IMG/VR virus record: IMGVR_UViG_3300024518_006178
Coordinates: 12,837 to 76,836 of that record
Length of the DNA stretch: 64,000 nucleotides
Direction: 5' to 3' (one strand)
From: a virus
In this document: positions 16,513-26,485 of the stretch, in pieces
Numbering within the stretch: position 1 is the stretch's first letter
Layout of the letters: each line of letters opens with the position of its first letter
Made by a program: the position numbers and the translations under genes
Notes under the pieces: generated by a model
What the model saw: only the letters and a program-made list of their open reading frames with translations
What the model was told of the DNA's origin: nothing
Databases searched by the model: none

Positions 16513-18618
16513 TTACAACTCAACGGGCGTGCCCATGTCGTGAACACGCCACCCTTTATACATACCTTGAGTGGCTGCCATATCAGTGACTCGCTCGTTA
16601 CATGAGGCGAGCATGACATTGTCCAGCCCACCCGCCACGTCGTCCAGTGCTTTAACGAGGAACCCGAAGCTGTTCGCGTCGAGCTCCGCCGCCTCGATAC
16701 AAAGCGCCTTGACAGGCGGATCTGCGAGCTGGATCAGCGCGACCACGAGGGCTGCGCCAAACAGGATCTTCTCGCCTCCGGACAGTGTGAGATACGGTAT
16801 CTTGATCGAGTTCTCGACCTTGAAGATCTCAAAGACCTCCTTGCCGTTTCTGTCGAACAGGTTGAACTCGATCTTGTACCCGTGACTCTTCAGGAGCTCG
16901 TTGACCTTCTTCCTGATTGGGCCAACCACGTCCTTCATGATCTTGGACTGCAAGCCCTTCGGCCCCAGCGCCTTGGCCAGACCGACGGTGCTTTCCATCG
17001 TCTCCTCGGCCTCGGCGATCTTGGCCACACACTCCTGGAATTGATGTTCAAGATGCTGCGCCCTCCTGGCCTTCCTTAGGCGCTCTTCCAGGGCGTCAAT
17101 CTGGGTGGTCATGGTCCTAAGAAGCACATCTGCGGCCCCGAGGCCGACAGGTGCCGCTGTTCCGTCGAGGATGGTCTGGTTCTCCCCCTTGGCCTTGCGC
17201 AGATTGACAAGAGCATTCGCATGCTCCTCATTTCGCCGCTGCGCATCCTTGGCCTCGAATCGCAGCTTGTTGAGGTCGGCCTCCTTGAGCTGCAACGCCC
17301 TGGTCTTTTGGGCCCGGCTGTCGCTGAGGCTGTCTCGCATCTCATATGCAGCCCTCCACGCATCATGGGTGCTCCGGCGTGCCTCGGCGTGATGCCCGTC
17401 CAGGGTGCTTTGGAGGTCCTGCGCCTGCTTTCGAAAGCTATCCTGTGTGTCGCCAAGTTTGTCGAGCATGCCATTAAGGAGGTCCTGTTCAACCGCATCG
17501 GGCCCCATAATCTCATGGAGCAGAGGCAGAACAACTTCGTTAATTGTATGAATCTTTGTGTCGCATTCCAATATTGCTTTGGCGCAGGCGTCGCTGGAGT
17601 CGTCAGCCTTGTTCCACAGCTCTTCTTTTTCTTTGGCATCAGAAGTCGCCGTTAGTACCGCAGCTTTGAGCTCCTCGACCTCCTGCCTTATGGCTTCCTC
17701 GTGACGCTTCGCCTGCTCAACTGCGGTCTTGGCGGCTTCAATGTCGGGCAGCTTGTCGGCCACCTCCTCCACAGCAATTAGCTCGCCCTCCAGGGCGCTC
17801 CTTTTGGCGATCAAGGATTGACGGGTCGTGCCCATTACCTGAGCCCCCGCCATCTCTTTCTCGATCTCAGTTTTCTGTCCACGAAGCTCCTTCAGTTGAC
17901 CATCAAGAACTTGGGGGTCTTCGTGCTCCTCCATCTGTGCCGTCTGCTTTTCTTCAAGTAGGCTGTCATGCGACTTAGCTAGGGATCTAACCACTGCCTT
18001 GAGGTCAAGCGCCTCCCTCGTGAATATGTCCACCATGCTGGCGAGGTTGTCAACAACGTTGACGTTGTCGCGCCAGCGCTCTTGAACCCACCCGTGATGG
18101 GCTTCGGCGATACCCTCGAAGGCTTTGGCCTTGTCCCACCCCAGTTTCTCGGGTGACGACAGTCCAAAGACGAAGTCCCGCTTCCTGGTGTCGGACATGC
18201 CCAGGAACTCGTCGAGATCGAACATGATGCTGAAGCTGCCCACCTCGTCGACGATGGCCTTCTTGCGCTCCTCGTCGTTTTGTGCTCCGTGAGCCCTCGA
18301 AGAGTGGTGTTCCGTTCTTGTCTTATGGGTGACGGACCCGTCCTTGTGTTTGGTCTTCGCCCTTTTATATATGCGGCTGAACGTAGATCCGCCCTCAAGG
18401 CTGCCCAGCACGAGTAGGTGGTCCCCCGTGGAGACCTGTAGAATTGAGTCCGCCGTCTTGCCCACCTTGGGCAGGTAACCGCTCAAGAGGAGCGTTAGCG
18501 CCTCAAGATATGTCGATTTTCCAGAGCCGTTCGGGCCGACAAAGATCTCCCGGCCCGACAGCTTTGTGTCAAACGATGCGCCCTTAAAGTTCTGGACGCT
18601 TAGTTCCTCAACCTTCAT
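16513..18618 (-). CDS. SMC/Rad50(SbcC)-like ABC ATPase
   Basis: VQNFK, GPNGSGKST, long coiled coil, LSGGE signature, variant Walker B/D-loop LCIEAAELD. Confidence 0.85.
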   Translation of the reverse strand: MKVEELSVQNFKGASFDTKLSGREIFVGPNGSGKSTYLEALTLLLSGYLPKVGKTADSILQVSTGDHLLVLGSLEGGSTFSRIYKRAKTKHKDGSVTHKTRTEHHSSRAHGAQNDEERKKAIVDEVGSFSIMFDLDEFLGMSDTRKRDFVFGLSSPEKLGWDKAKAFEGIAEAHHGWVQERWRDNVNVVDNLASMVDIFTREALDLKAVVRSLAKSHDSLLEEKQTAQMEEHEDPQVLDGQLKELRGQKTEIEKEMAGAQVMGTTRQSLIAKRSALEGELIAVEEVADKLPDIEAAKTAVEQAKRHEEAIRQEVEELKAAVLTATSDAKEKEELWNKADDSSDACAKAILECDTKIHTINEVVLPLLHEIMGPDAVEQDLLNGMLDKLGDTQDSFRKQAQDLQSTLDGHHAEARRSTHDAWRAAYEMRDSLSDSRAQKTRALQLKEADLNKLRFEAKDAQRRNEEHANALVNLRKAKGENQTILDGTAAPVGLGAADVLLRTMTTQIDALEERLRKARRAQHLEHQFQECVAKIAEAEETMESTVGLAKALGPKGLQSKIMKDVVGPIRKKVNELLKSHGYKIEFNLFDRNGKEVFEIFKVENSIKIPYLTLSGGEKILFGAALVVALIQLADPPVKALCIEAAELDANSFGFLVKALDDVAGGLDNVMLASCNERVTDMAATQGMYKGWRVHDMGTPVEL

Positions 18619-19739
18619 TGCTTCTCCTTCTGTTGTCTGGCTTCCGCCTTGAACGCCCCGACTAGGGCATCAACATTGTGATCTGGGGCCTTGCTAAGGT
18701 CGTCGCACTCTGACAGGTCAGGTGCAAGCGCATGTACCCGCTCACGGAACTTATCTCCTAAACTGTCCCGAACTTTCTTCAGATATAGGAGGTTTTCCTC
18801 GCGATTCCCGAGGACATTGTCCTGCTCGAATAGTGTCTGCTGCTCCTCCACGCTTTTCTTGTTCTGGTCCATGTCGTCCGAGGAGAGGTCGCCTTCGACA
18901 GCGGAGTTCTCTTCGTTACCAAACTCCACCTCTGTTTCAACCTGAAGGACCTCTACCTCTGCTGGCGGGCTGTCTCCGGAGACCGCCTGTGCCGCCATTT
19001 TCTTGAGCCCGTCAACAGTTTGGTCGTGCTGCCATCCGATGACGGGCACGTACGCATAGCCTCCCTGTTCGGGCTGAACAACAGACTGGGCAATGGACGG
19101 GTGTCGCTTCATTGCATTTCTGCGACAGATGGTGCTGGCAATTCGTTCGGCAAACTTCTGTCGAGTGATGTGACCCGTGAGGACGGATGTGATTTCCGGA
19201 TGGGTAACGTCCACGGACAGGCCCGTGTTCAGCATCATGGGCACCCACATGTTGCCGTCCGCATGTTTGTCATGCATCGCCTTAGTGGTGAACCGCCCGC
19301 AGTCCGGGAATTTCTTCACCTTGTTCCAAGCGTCGGAGGCGAAGTATTGCACCAGATCAAAACGCAGCCGCTCCTGGGTGATGCACCAGTTGCCGATTGG
19401 CGACAGCCCAATGGCTAGGCACTCAACGGTGACAACCTTAATGGCCCCATCTTTGCTGTATTCGATGTACGGATTCTCGACCATCGTGGTCTCCGGGAAG
19501 CCCCGGCGCTCAACCGTGATGCTGATCTGTGGCGGTTTGATGACCGTAAGTCCGGCCACGCGATTCAACTTGTCCAGGCCACTGGCGGTGATCATGACCG
19601 AGCCACCCGGCACTGCGCACAGCTCTTTCTCTCTGACGCCCAATTCGATCTCTGATTTCACCGCACACATTTGTCCGTCGTCAGTCCTCTTCACGAAGAC
19701 CTGACCGTCGCCAAGAGTGGCGATTTCTCTGCTGCCCAT
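18615..19739 (-). CDS. Putative single-strand annealing/recombination protein
   Basis: Start reassigned to MGSREI (AGGAG RBS); FAERIASTICRRNAMKR resembles the RecT/Bet-type helix; acidic linker; coupled to the SMC-like ATPase. Confidence 0.4.
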   Translation of the reverse strand: MGSREIATLGDGQVFVKRTDDGQMCAVKSEIELGVREKELCAVPGGSVMITASGLDKLNRVAGLTVIKPPQISITVERRGFPETTMVENPYIEYSKDGAIKVVTVECLAIGLSPIGNWCITQERLRFDLVQYFASDAWNKVKKFPDCGRFTTKAMHDKHADGNMWVPMMLNTGLSVDVTHPEITSVLTGHITRQKFAERIASTICRRNAMKRHPSIAQSVVQPEQGGYAYVPVIGWQHDQTVDGLKKMAAQAVSGDSPPAEVEVLQVETEVEFGNEENSAVEGDLSSDDMDQNKKSVEEQQTLFEQDNVLGNREENLLYLKKVRDSLGDKFRERVHALAPDLSECDDLSKAPDHNVDALVGAFKAEARQQKEKQ

Positions 19740-19773
19740 ATGGGTTCTCCTTTTCTCTAAGTTTCCTCTATTT

Positions 19774-19801
19774 ATTGTACAAGAGTGAAACAATGTGTCA
19801 A
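19774..19801 (-). promoter_or_regulatory. Sigma70-like promoter
   Basis: TTGACA-N16-TACAAT. Confidence 0.6.
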
Positions 19802-20478
19802 CCAGCCATCTCTCTTATTCTTTCACGGGATATATCGACACATTTGGCCAGGTACTTCTTTTGTTTGAGGTGGTACATGATGAGGTTCAGGCAGCCATGC
19901 CTCCTGGATAGCACGGCGGCTGCGATTGCGTTGATGGACTTCTCTCCAGCCAGAAGGAGGTAGTCTTGGGGTTGCGAGTCCTTCAGTGGGCCCATGACCA
20001 TCTTTGCTATCTTGCGCGTGTCGGACGACTGTATGCCAAGCTGGGATGGGACCAGGGTGACAACCTCGCCAAACGAGCTCGCCGAGCTTACGTCGTGGGA
20101 ATCAGTGGAGGCAAACACCTTGGGGTCCTGATTCGTCTTGGGCTTCCGGCACCTCGACACAGGGAAATAGAGCGTCCTGGGGATGAAGTCGGCGGCGTCA
20201 TGGTTATAGATCAGGAATCTGACCCTTTGGCTTATGGTGGCCGCCATGGCCGCAGCAACCGCTGAATAGACGGCAGGTCCGTCCAGCAGAAACATATCAT
20301 CTGGATGGAACGAGTTAATATTCCGGGCCAATTTATTGAATATCCTGCCTGGGGCTAAACTGAGCCTGTTGGCGGAAGGCTTGGCGTCCACCAAGTCGTA
20401 AAGCTTGATCACCTCGCCGAATCTGGCAGCCTTCTCAAGGTTAGCTGCGTGGTGGCATGTAATGAACACTCTTGGCAT
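19798..20478 (-). CDS. Hypothetical protein made of two tandem homologous domains
   Basis: Start reassigned to MPRVF (AAGGAGG RBS); repeated VF...A..FGEV..L...P.D..LL.G....A.AAA. Confidence 0.65.
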   Translation of the reverse strand: MPRVFITCHHAANLEKAARFGEVIKLYDLVDAKPSANRLSLAPGRIFNKLARNINSFHPDDMFLLDGPAVYSAVAAAMAATISQRVRFLIYNHDAADFIPRTLYFPVSRCRKPKTNQDPKVFASTDSHDVSSASSFGEVVTLVPSQLGIQSSDTRKIAKMVMGPLKDSQPQDYLLLAGEKSINAIAAAVLSRRHGCLNLIMYHLKQKKYLAKCVDISRERIREMAG

Positions 20479-20508
20479 AAATTGGCCTCCTTTTGGGTTT
20501 CGGCTAAG

Positions 20509-20516
20509 CTTATACC
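20509..20516 (-). promoter_or_regulatory. GGTATAAG promoter-like motif (one of several copies)
   Basis: Same motif precedes minus-strand genes at 5301, 15934, 49957, 52823, 56674 and 61012. Confidence 0.6.
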
Positions 20517-20541
20517 ATAAATAAGAGAGGGTCTGTTTGTA

Positions 20542-20569
20542 TTGACATGGAGTAGAATGTAGATACAAT
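20542..20569 (+). promoter_or_regulatory. Sigma70-like promoter of the tail operon
   Basis: TTGACA-N16-TACAAT at the divergent junction. Confidence 0.6.
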
Positions 20570-20590
20570 TGTACTACATGGAGGGCAGTC

Positions 20591-20938
20591 ATGGATATAA
20601 GGCCTGACGACGCAGGGTTTCAGTTCTTGAGCGAGCGCAAGGAGCATTCGATCAATCTGCGGGTGGGTGAGAACCTGCTCAGCTGGATCGATGATCACGC
20701 CAAGGATACCGACACGAACAGGTCCGCTGTAATCATTAGGGCCCTGGTCGAGTATGCGTCCAGGGTGGACGGCATGCGTGTTGCGACCCTGAATAAGAGC
20801 ATGCAGGAGCTGATCGAGAATATGGCAAATAACCTAGAGCTTGTTCCCGGCAAAGACGGTAAGTTCCGTCTTGAAATGGTCGATGCGGAAGTGGTCCGCC
20901 TCGATGGCGAAGAGGTCAGCGTAAAGAAAGGAGCGTAG
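20591..20938 (+). CDS. Ribbon-helix-helix transcriptional regulator
   Basis: SINLRVGENLLSWIDDHAKDTDTNRSAVIIRALVEY. Confidence 0.7.
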   Translation: MDIRPDDAGFQFLSERKEHSINLRVGENLLSWIDDHAKDTDTNRSAVIIRALVEYASRVDGMRVATLNKSMQELIENMANNLELVPGKDGKFRLEMVDAEVVRLDGEEVSVKKGA

Positions 20939-20943
20939 ATCAA

Positions 20944-21546
20944 ATGAACAGAGGACAAGGAGCTACAGAGGAAGCGGGGATGGTCAGGTTAGATCCTGAA
21001 AGGCCAGCGCCCAGCCAGCAGCAGCCGGAGCCGCCACCGGAGCCGCCCCCGGTAGACGAGGATTCTACTCTGGATGAAGTTGCCAAGAAACTCACCGGAG
21101 AGGACGCGAGGGCCGAACAGCAGAAGATTGAGGATCAGGAGTTCCTGGAGGACTACAAGGACCTCGACCTCATGCGCCTCGTCACAGAGGGTTTCGTGAC
21201 ACATGAGGCGGAGATCTTCAAGGATTTCCGAGTCGAGCTTCGTACGCTTACCGAGGATGAGGACCAGGAGGTTCTGAAGTATATGCAGGACCTTACCGGG
21301 TCGAACTGGTACGTGAGCGACATGTCCGCCCGATACACGCTGTCGATTGCCATGATAAAGGTTAATTCCGTTGAATTTGGCAAGGACAGGGGCGAGCGGC
21401 ACGAAAAAATTGGGAAGTGGGGCAAGCCTATCAAGCTCGCCATCCTGAAAGAGTTCCGGCAGCTGTGCAAAGCTGTCGCCCTGAAAATGGAGGGCCACTC
21501 GGGAAACTGGTTAGAACGTCTGCTGATTGGGCAAGACTGGATCTAA
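20944..21546 (+). CDS. Tail assembly chaperone (G-like)
   Basis: Upstream of tape measure; slippery heptamer near its 3' end. Confidence 0.7.
   Translation: MNRGQGATEEAGMVRLDPERPAPSQQQPEPPPEPPPVDEDSTLDEVAKKLTGEDARAEQQKIEDQEFLEDYKDLDLMRLVTEGFVTHEAEIFKDFRVELRTLTEDEDQEVLKYMQDLTGSNWYVSDMSARYTLSIAMIKVNSVEFGKDRGERHEKIGKWGKPIKLAILKEFRQLCKAVALKMEGHSGNWLERLLIGQDWI
21501..21507 (+). other. Programmed -1 ribosomal frameshift site G GGA AAC
   Basis: In-frame X XXY YYZ heptamer; the -1 frame is open to 21890. Confidence 0.8.
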
Positions 21547-21890
21547 AATTAGCAGGCGTTGAGCTGCCGCATGGCTCCGTGAAGGAAAGCGTCTTGGTTC
21601 AAGCCCGACTGAGACGCGAGCGGATAGAGGCGATGAAGGTGTTGGCCATCTGCACCTCCTCAGTAAATCCAGAGAAAGCGGGGGAGTTGGTCAAGGAATT
21701 GGTTAAAATGATGTTCCCGGAAGAGAGAGACTACGAGCGAGAAGAGATGGAGCGCAAGAAGAGGATAATGCTGGCGTACAGCGACAAGGCGTTCCTGCTC
21801 ACTGGAGACGGCAGAGGCGCGTGGCAGGCGTCCCTCGTTGATGGGGAAGGTAACGAGGTCGGGGATCCGTTTCTTGACGGGAGTATCTAA
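21501..21890 (+). CDS. Tail assembly chaperone frameshift extension (GT-like)
   Basis: -1 frame ORF (GKLVRTSADW...) ending at the tape measure start. Confidence 0.7.
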   Translation, partial: GKLVRTSADWARLDLKLAGVELPHGSVKESVLVQARLRRERIEAMKVLAICTSSVNPEKAGELVKELVKMMFPEERDYEREEMERKKRIMLAYSDKAFLLTGDGRGAWQASLVDGEGNEVGDPFLDGSI

Positions 21891-24800
21891 TGCCGCCAGC
21901 TGATATGGGGTCAATGCACGCTCAGTACATGGCAGGGCAGGCTGCGTCTTCGGTGCAGGCTGGCTCCGCGTCCATGCAGCATACGATGCAGAATATGTAT
22001 GCTGCCACATCCATGGGCGCTCAGACTGCCATGAGCGGCGTGCAGATGGCCGCTGGCTCTGTCTATAACGGGGCCTCCTCGGCCCTGGGTCAGGCGTACT
22101 CCGTGGCGCAGGGGGCTGGAGGAATGTTCCAGCCCCCTGTCGGGGTCCCCTCTCCTGCGGGCGGAGTAGGAATTCCAGACGTGGTCCATGGCGCGGCTGT
22201 TGGTGCCATGACCCTGGGCGGAATGGCGGGAGGTATTGCGGCGTGGGGTCCGGCAGCAGCGGCCACTAACCTTGCGATGGGAGGCACGGCGGCTGCGAAA
22301 GCCACGGGATTCTTCGGCGGGTTTGGTTCGATAGTCGGGCAGAACTACGCCGCTGGTGCGGCCCGAGGAGGGATGCTGCGCGGGATCGGGACCGCAGCCC
22401 TGGGCGGTGCGGGAGCGCTGGCTGTCCCTCTCGTTGCGACGGCAGCTATTGAAAAGGCCTTTTCAATCGGCGCTGAGCAGATGACTCAGATCCGAGATAT
22501 TAATAACACCATGGCCAATAACATGGGCAGCTTTGGTGTTAACGATCAGAACATCTTGTCTCCTGGGCAGGCCAACTTTCGCAGGACGGCAGAGAATATT
22601 ACGAACTACGTTGGCAATATTCAGGAGATCGGTCGCGGCCAGGCTGGCAAGTTTGTTGAGGGCGCTATGCAGATGGGCCTCTTTGAGGGGGCGGGCGCAG
22701 AAGGCGGCGACGGCATTACTGGCAGAGCCAGAAAGCTGGCCGATGCGATAAAGGAAAGCTCTCGCCTTCTGAATACGTCCATGGAGGAATCCCTCCAGGT
22801 CATGGGCGAGCTTCGCCAGGCTGGATTCAAGGATCCCATTGGCTCGGCGACAAGCACCATGGTGGGCAATAGGGGCATGGCTCGGGCGACAGGCGGAGTA
22901 TTTTCTGCGGAGCAGATGCACGGCTACGGCATGCAGCGAGCGATGCAATTCCGTGGTGCTGGCGTTGCTGGTGAGTTCGGCTATTCGTCGGCGACCCAGA
23001 ATCTGACCACCGCCACCGTAATGATGCAGCAGAACTCAATGCCCGATTGGCTTGCCATGAACCTCGGGGGCAGGCAGGGCGTCGCCCAGGTGCTCCAGCA
23101 GAGCATGGGCTCGTTCATGCAGTCCGGTCTCGGCCAGATGAATGTCATTGCTCAGGCCCAGGGGGCCGGTGGTGGCAACTTCAGCCAAATGGCTCAGGCT
23201 GCGTCGGGACAGCTTAATGATCCCATGCAGGCCGCGATGACTTTCGGTGGCCTCCCTCAAATGATGGAGGATCAGGGTCCGCAGATGATGCAGGCCATGC
23301 AGGCCACGAATCTCTTGTCGGTTGGCCAGCAGGTGCTCGGGCCGAAGTTCGGTCAGTCCGGAGCAGAGCAGCAGATCACAGCTCTAACAGGCATGCTCTC
23401 AAAGAGTCAGGCCCTCTCGCAGCAGTTCGGCGTCCAGGATATTAATCAGGCGCGCGCCGTAGCTACGTTTGCCGTTTCGGGCGGGGAGGCTATTCAGCAG
23501 CAGATGAATGCGCGGAGACAGGAGGTTAGCGAGACCCTCACCGAGGACTACATGTCTCGGAACTACGGTATTCGTGGAGCTATGTACAAGGCCTCGGGCG
23601 CTGTGCAACGATTTGGGCAGAGCATAGCCAAGCCGATAGGCGACATGTACACGGGCGCTATGGGTGCCGCCCAGGAGCTCACCCAAGATATAAGCCACAT
23701 GTACTACGGAACGCGCCGGGAAGTAGTCGGTAGCACCATGGAGGATCTGGCTGGTGGGATGGCCGACAGAATCCTCGGCATTAATCAAGAGGGACCGGGG
23801 CTGCTAACGGGAACAGGCGCGGCCACCAGTGAAGCTGGGTTCGAAAGGTTGCGTGGGCAGGGTCTCACTCAAAAGATAAGCGCCCAAGAATATCTTAGAA
23901 ACAGGAAAAAATACGTTATCGAGGGCGGGAGCGAGATGGCGTCTCTGATCGCTGAAAAGGGGGCGAAGGCGACCGTAACGGATTACGAGCTGGCAACAGG
24001 GCAAGGGGATGCGGGTGCGGCCTTGCACGAGAAAGAGAGCCTCGCCATGGTCGAAGTTGCCCAGGTCAGCGTCCTTCAAGGTGCGAACCAGAGCGCGGCA
24101 AGGGTCAAGCTGGCAGCAGAACAAAACCTGGAGGGGGCTGAGGATTATAGTGCCGTTCTTAAGGCCACGCTCAGGTCGGGCGACCGTCTTGATTTTGCGG
24201 GCGGGACCACGGCTATTGAAAAAATGATAGTAGATCCGACGGGCATAGGCAGCAAGATCTCCGCGCTGGAGGGCCGTATTGGTCGAGGGGGAGGTAGAGA
24301 CACCGCCCTTATGGGCGAGCTAGCTGCGCTTAGAGAGGAGCAGGCGGACGAAACCGCAACTCCAGATCAGATGAAGCGAAGAAGGGAGGCGATGGAGTTC
24401 AGGAAAACATATCAGACTGGCCTGCGAGGAAGACTCGGTAAGTACAAGGACATGGGGGCCATAATTGGGGCCTATAAGGCGGGCGACGTGACCGCAGCGG
24501 ACTTGATTGGCTCGGCGGCATTCGGCGCTGGCGCTGTCGAGGCCATGAAGGGCGGGGCGACTCCGGAGGAGGCCGCTGTAAAGCAACTGGAGGTTCTTGG
24601 GCTAAACGTGGCGAAGGACGAAAGGCTACAGAAGGAGCTAGGCTCTCACGGCGCATCCTCAATAGAGAATCAGACGGACGACCCAGAGGCGGCCCTGGAC
24701 AATATAGCGAACTTCATGTTCGGGAGGGACGTGAAGAAGCCGCGAGTGACGGGCATAGGCAGCATGGGTGCGTTTACTGGGCAGGCCGTTGGAATAGATC

Positions 24801-25630
24801 GGTACACGGAGCGCGTGGGTCCGGCATTTAAGGATCTCACAGCGGTTCAGAAAAAAGGCTTGCAGAAGAATCTTGGAAAGCTGGGCGAGATAGGCAAGCT
24901 TATGCGCGCCGGGGAAGATGTGGAGGCGAATCGGCTGGCCAAGCAAGTTATTGCCGGGATAGGCGGAGACAAGAGCGACTTGACGGCCACTAAACTGATG
25001 ACTATGGCCGAGGACGAGCATTCTGCGATAAGCGGTGCGGCCAAGTCGGCAATGTCTGTATACGAAAAAGGCGCGATAGGCCGATGGACAACGCAAATGT
25101 CCATGGCGGCATCAGAAGTTGATCTGAGTGATGTAAAGGACAAGGGCCTCAAGGAGAGCCTGACAGGGCTAATGACGGGGCTTTCAGGTGCGTCCGGTCG
25201 CGGCTACGAGGCCCTTGTGGCGGAGCTTGATAAGCAGGAAGACGTTATACAGCAGCTTGGCGGCAGAGGCATTGAGGAGCTTCGGAAGAAGGGGTCTGGC
25301 GGCAGGGCGTTGGCGAAGCTTATTGAGGGCAAGATAGGCAAGGATAGGGAAGAAATGAAGCTGGATCCCGAGGAAGTGAAAAGATCCATCATGGAGACGG
25401 ACGTTACCGGCGCAAGGACAGTCGCCCGGGACGGTGGTCGACAGGCTGAGCTCGACGTGGTCACCCGAGAGATGTACATGAACATGAAGGCTGAGCGCCA
25501 GGTGATGAGCCAGATGGCCCAAGCCATGGCCATGGTGACAGACAAGCTGGAGGGTATGGGTGGCGGCAACGAGCGCGTTGGTGTTGTTCCGACTAGCGGG
25601 TCAAGAGGCCCACGGACGAGGTTAAAATAA
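21890..25630 (+). CDS. Tail tape measure protein
   Basis: 1246 aa, Ala/Gly/Met/Gln-rich, helical; follows the G/GT chaperone. Confidence 0.8.
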   Translation: MPPADMGSMHAQYMAGQAASSVQAGSASMQHTMQNMYAATSMGAQTAMSGVQMAAGSVYNGASSALGQAYSVAQGAGGMFQPPVGVPSPAGGVGIPDVVHGAAVGAMTLGGMAGGIAAWGPAAAATNLAMGGTAAAKATGFFGGFGSIVGQNYAAGAARGGMLRGIGTAALGGAGALAVPLVATAAIEKAFSIGAEQMTQIRDINNTMANNMGSFGVNDQNILSPGQANFRRTAENITNYVGNIQEIGRGQAGKFVEGAMQMGLFEGAGAEGGDGITGRARKLADAIKESSRLLNTSMEESLQVMGELRQAGFKDPIGSATSTMVGNRGMARATGGVFSAEQMHGYGMQRAMQFRGAGVAGEFGYSSATQNLTTATVMMQQNSMPDWLAMNLGGRQGVAQVLQQSMGSFMQSGLGQMNVIAQAQGAGGGNFSQMAQAASGQLNDPMQAAMTFGGLPQMMEDQGPQMMQAMQATNLLSVGQQVLGPKFGQSGAEQQITALTGMLSKSQALSQQFGVQDINQARAVATFAVSGGEAIQQQMNARRQEVSETLTEDYMSRNYGIRGAMYKASGAVQRFGQSIAKPIGDMYTGAMGAAQELTQDISHMYYGTRREVVGSTMEDLAGGMADRILGINQEGPGLLTGTGAATSEAGFERLRGQGLTQKISAQEYLRNRKKYVIEGGSEMASLIAEKGAKATVTDYELATGQGDAGAALHEKESLAMVEVAQVSVLQGANQSAARVKLAAEQNLEGAEDYSAVLKATLRSGDRLDFAGGTTAIEKMIVDPTGIGSKISALEGRIGRGGGRDTALMGELAALREEQADETATPDQMKRRREAMEFRKTYQTGLRGRLGKYKDMGAIIGAYKAGDVTAADLIGSAAFGAGAVEAMKGGATPEEAAVKQLEVLGLNVAKDERLQKELGSHGASSIENQTDDPEAALDNIANFMFGRDVKKPRVTGIGSMGAFTGQAVGIDRYTERVGPAFKDLTAVQKKGLQKNLGKLGEIGKLMRAGEDVEANRLAKQVIAGIGGDKSDLTATKLMTMAEDEHSAISGAAKSAMSVYEKGAIGRWTTQMSMAASEVDLSDVKDKGLKESLTGLMTGLSGASGRGYEALVAELDKQEDVIQQLGGRGIEELRKKGSGGRALAKLIEGKIGKDREEMKLDPEEVKRSIMETDVTGARTVARDGGRQAELDVVTREMYMNMKAERQVMSQMAQAMAMVTDKLEGMGGGNERVGVVPTSGSRGPRTRLK

Positions 25631-26079
25631 TGGGCGTAGAAGACGTTGATGATCCTCTGGATTTCACGAAGATCAATGCCGTACCGGAAGATCTTCCGCC
25701 GCTCCCGCCGCAGTCGAGAGAGCTGCCGCAGAGAGCCTCGGATGATGGGCAAAGATTTATTGCCAGCCAGCTGCTGTCGGCCAACTATGCGTGGCAGACC
25801 AGGGATATTTTCGCGTCCGGGGAAAGAGATTTGAGTGGTCCGGTTAACGCCAATAGGTGGCAAGCCAGGGGCATCTTTGCTCAGACCATATCAGCCGAGG
25901 ACACGGAGCAGGAGCTCGCCGATTCGGACGAAGCCCGCACCGAGCTGGGCGTGCCCTTGGTTGATCCGGAGTTGTTCGTCGGTCTCCGTCCGCCAGGGAA
26001 CGCCGCCAGCGTCGTGGCGCAATTCGTCGAGGCGATGGGCATTGAGCAGGCTTATGTCGATGACGTGAGGGAAATCTAA
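25630..26079 (+). CDS. Hypothetical tail/baseplate-region protein
   Basis: TAATG coupling on both sides. Confidence 0.6.
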   Translation: MGVEDVDDPLDFTKINAVPEDLPPLPPQSRELPQRASDDGQRFIASQLLSANYAWQTRDIFASGERDLSGPVNANRWQARGIFAQTISAEDTEQELADSDEARTELGVPLVDPELFVGLRPPGNAASVVAQFVEAMGIEQAYVDDVREI

Positions 26080-26483
26080 TGGCCGAGATTAAATTTCCGG
26101 TAGCGGCACAGATAACCCTGACTGACATTGGTCCTGACGATAAGATCCGTCTGTGTGACTTCGGTGGGACCCAGGCCGAGAGAGAGGGTAAGTATCGCCT
26201 GTCCGTCGCCTACAAGTTGCTTCATAAGCGTAAGCAGCTTGAGGACTCGGACTACGATCCGACAGATCCCGCCGGGGCGGTTTCAGGTGTCCCCGTTACG
26301 GCTGACGAGTATCGTCAGGCAACAGACAACCTGGAGCAAATCCTGATCCCTCTCGATGAAGAGGAGGTGTTTACCAGTAAGCACCTCATATTCTCCGCAT
26401 CATCCATATCTGGAGTAGCGGACGAAGAGAACGACTACTATAGGAACTTGCTTGAGACGGCAAGGGACTTCATAACGAGGTAG
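26079..26483 (+). CDS. Hypothetical tail/baseplate-region protein
   Basis: TAATG coupling. Confidence 0.6.
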   Translation: MAEIKFPVAAQITLTDIGPDDKIRLCDFGGTQAEREGKYRLSVAYKLLHKRKQLEDSDYDPTDPAGAVSGVPVTADEYRQATDNLEQILIPLDEEEVFTSKHLIFSASSISGVADEENDYYRNLLETARDFITR

Positions 26484-26485
26484 CC

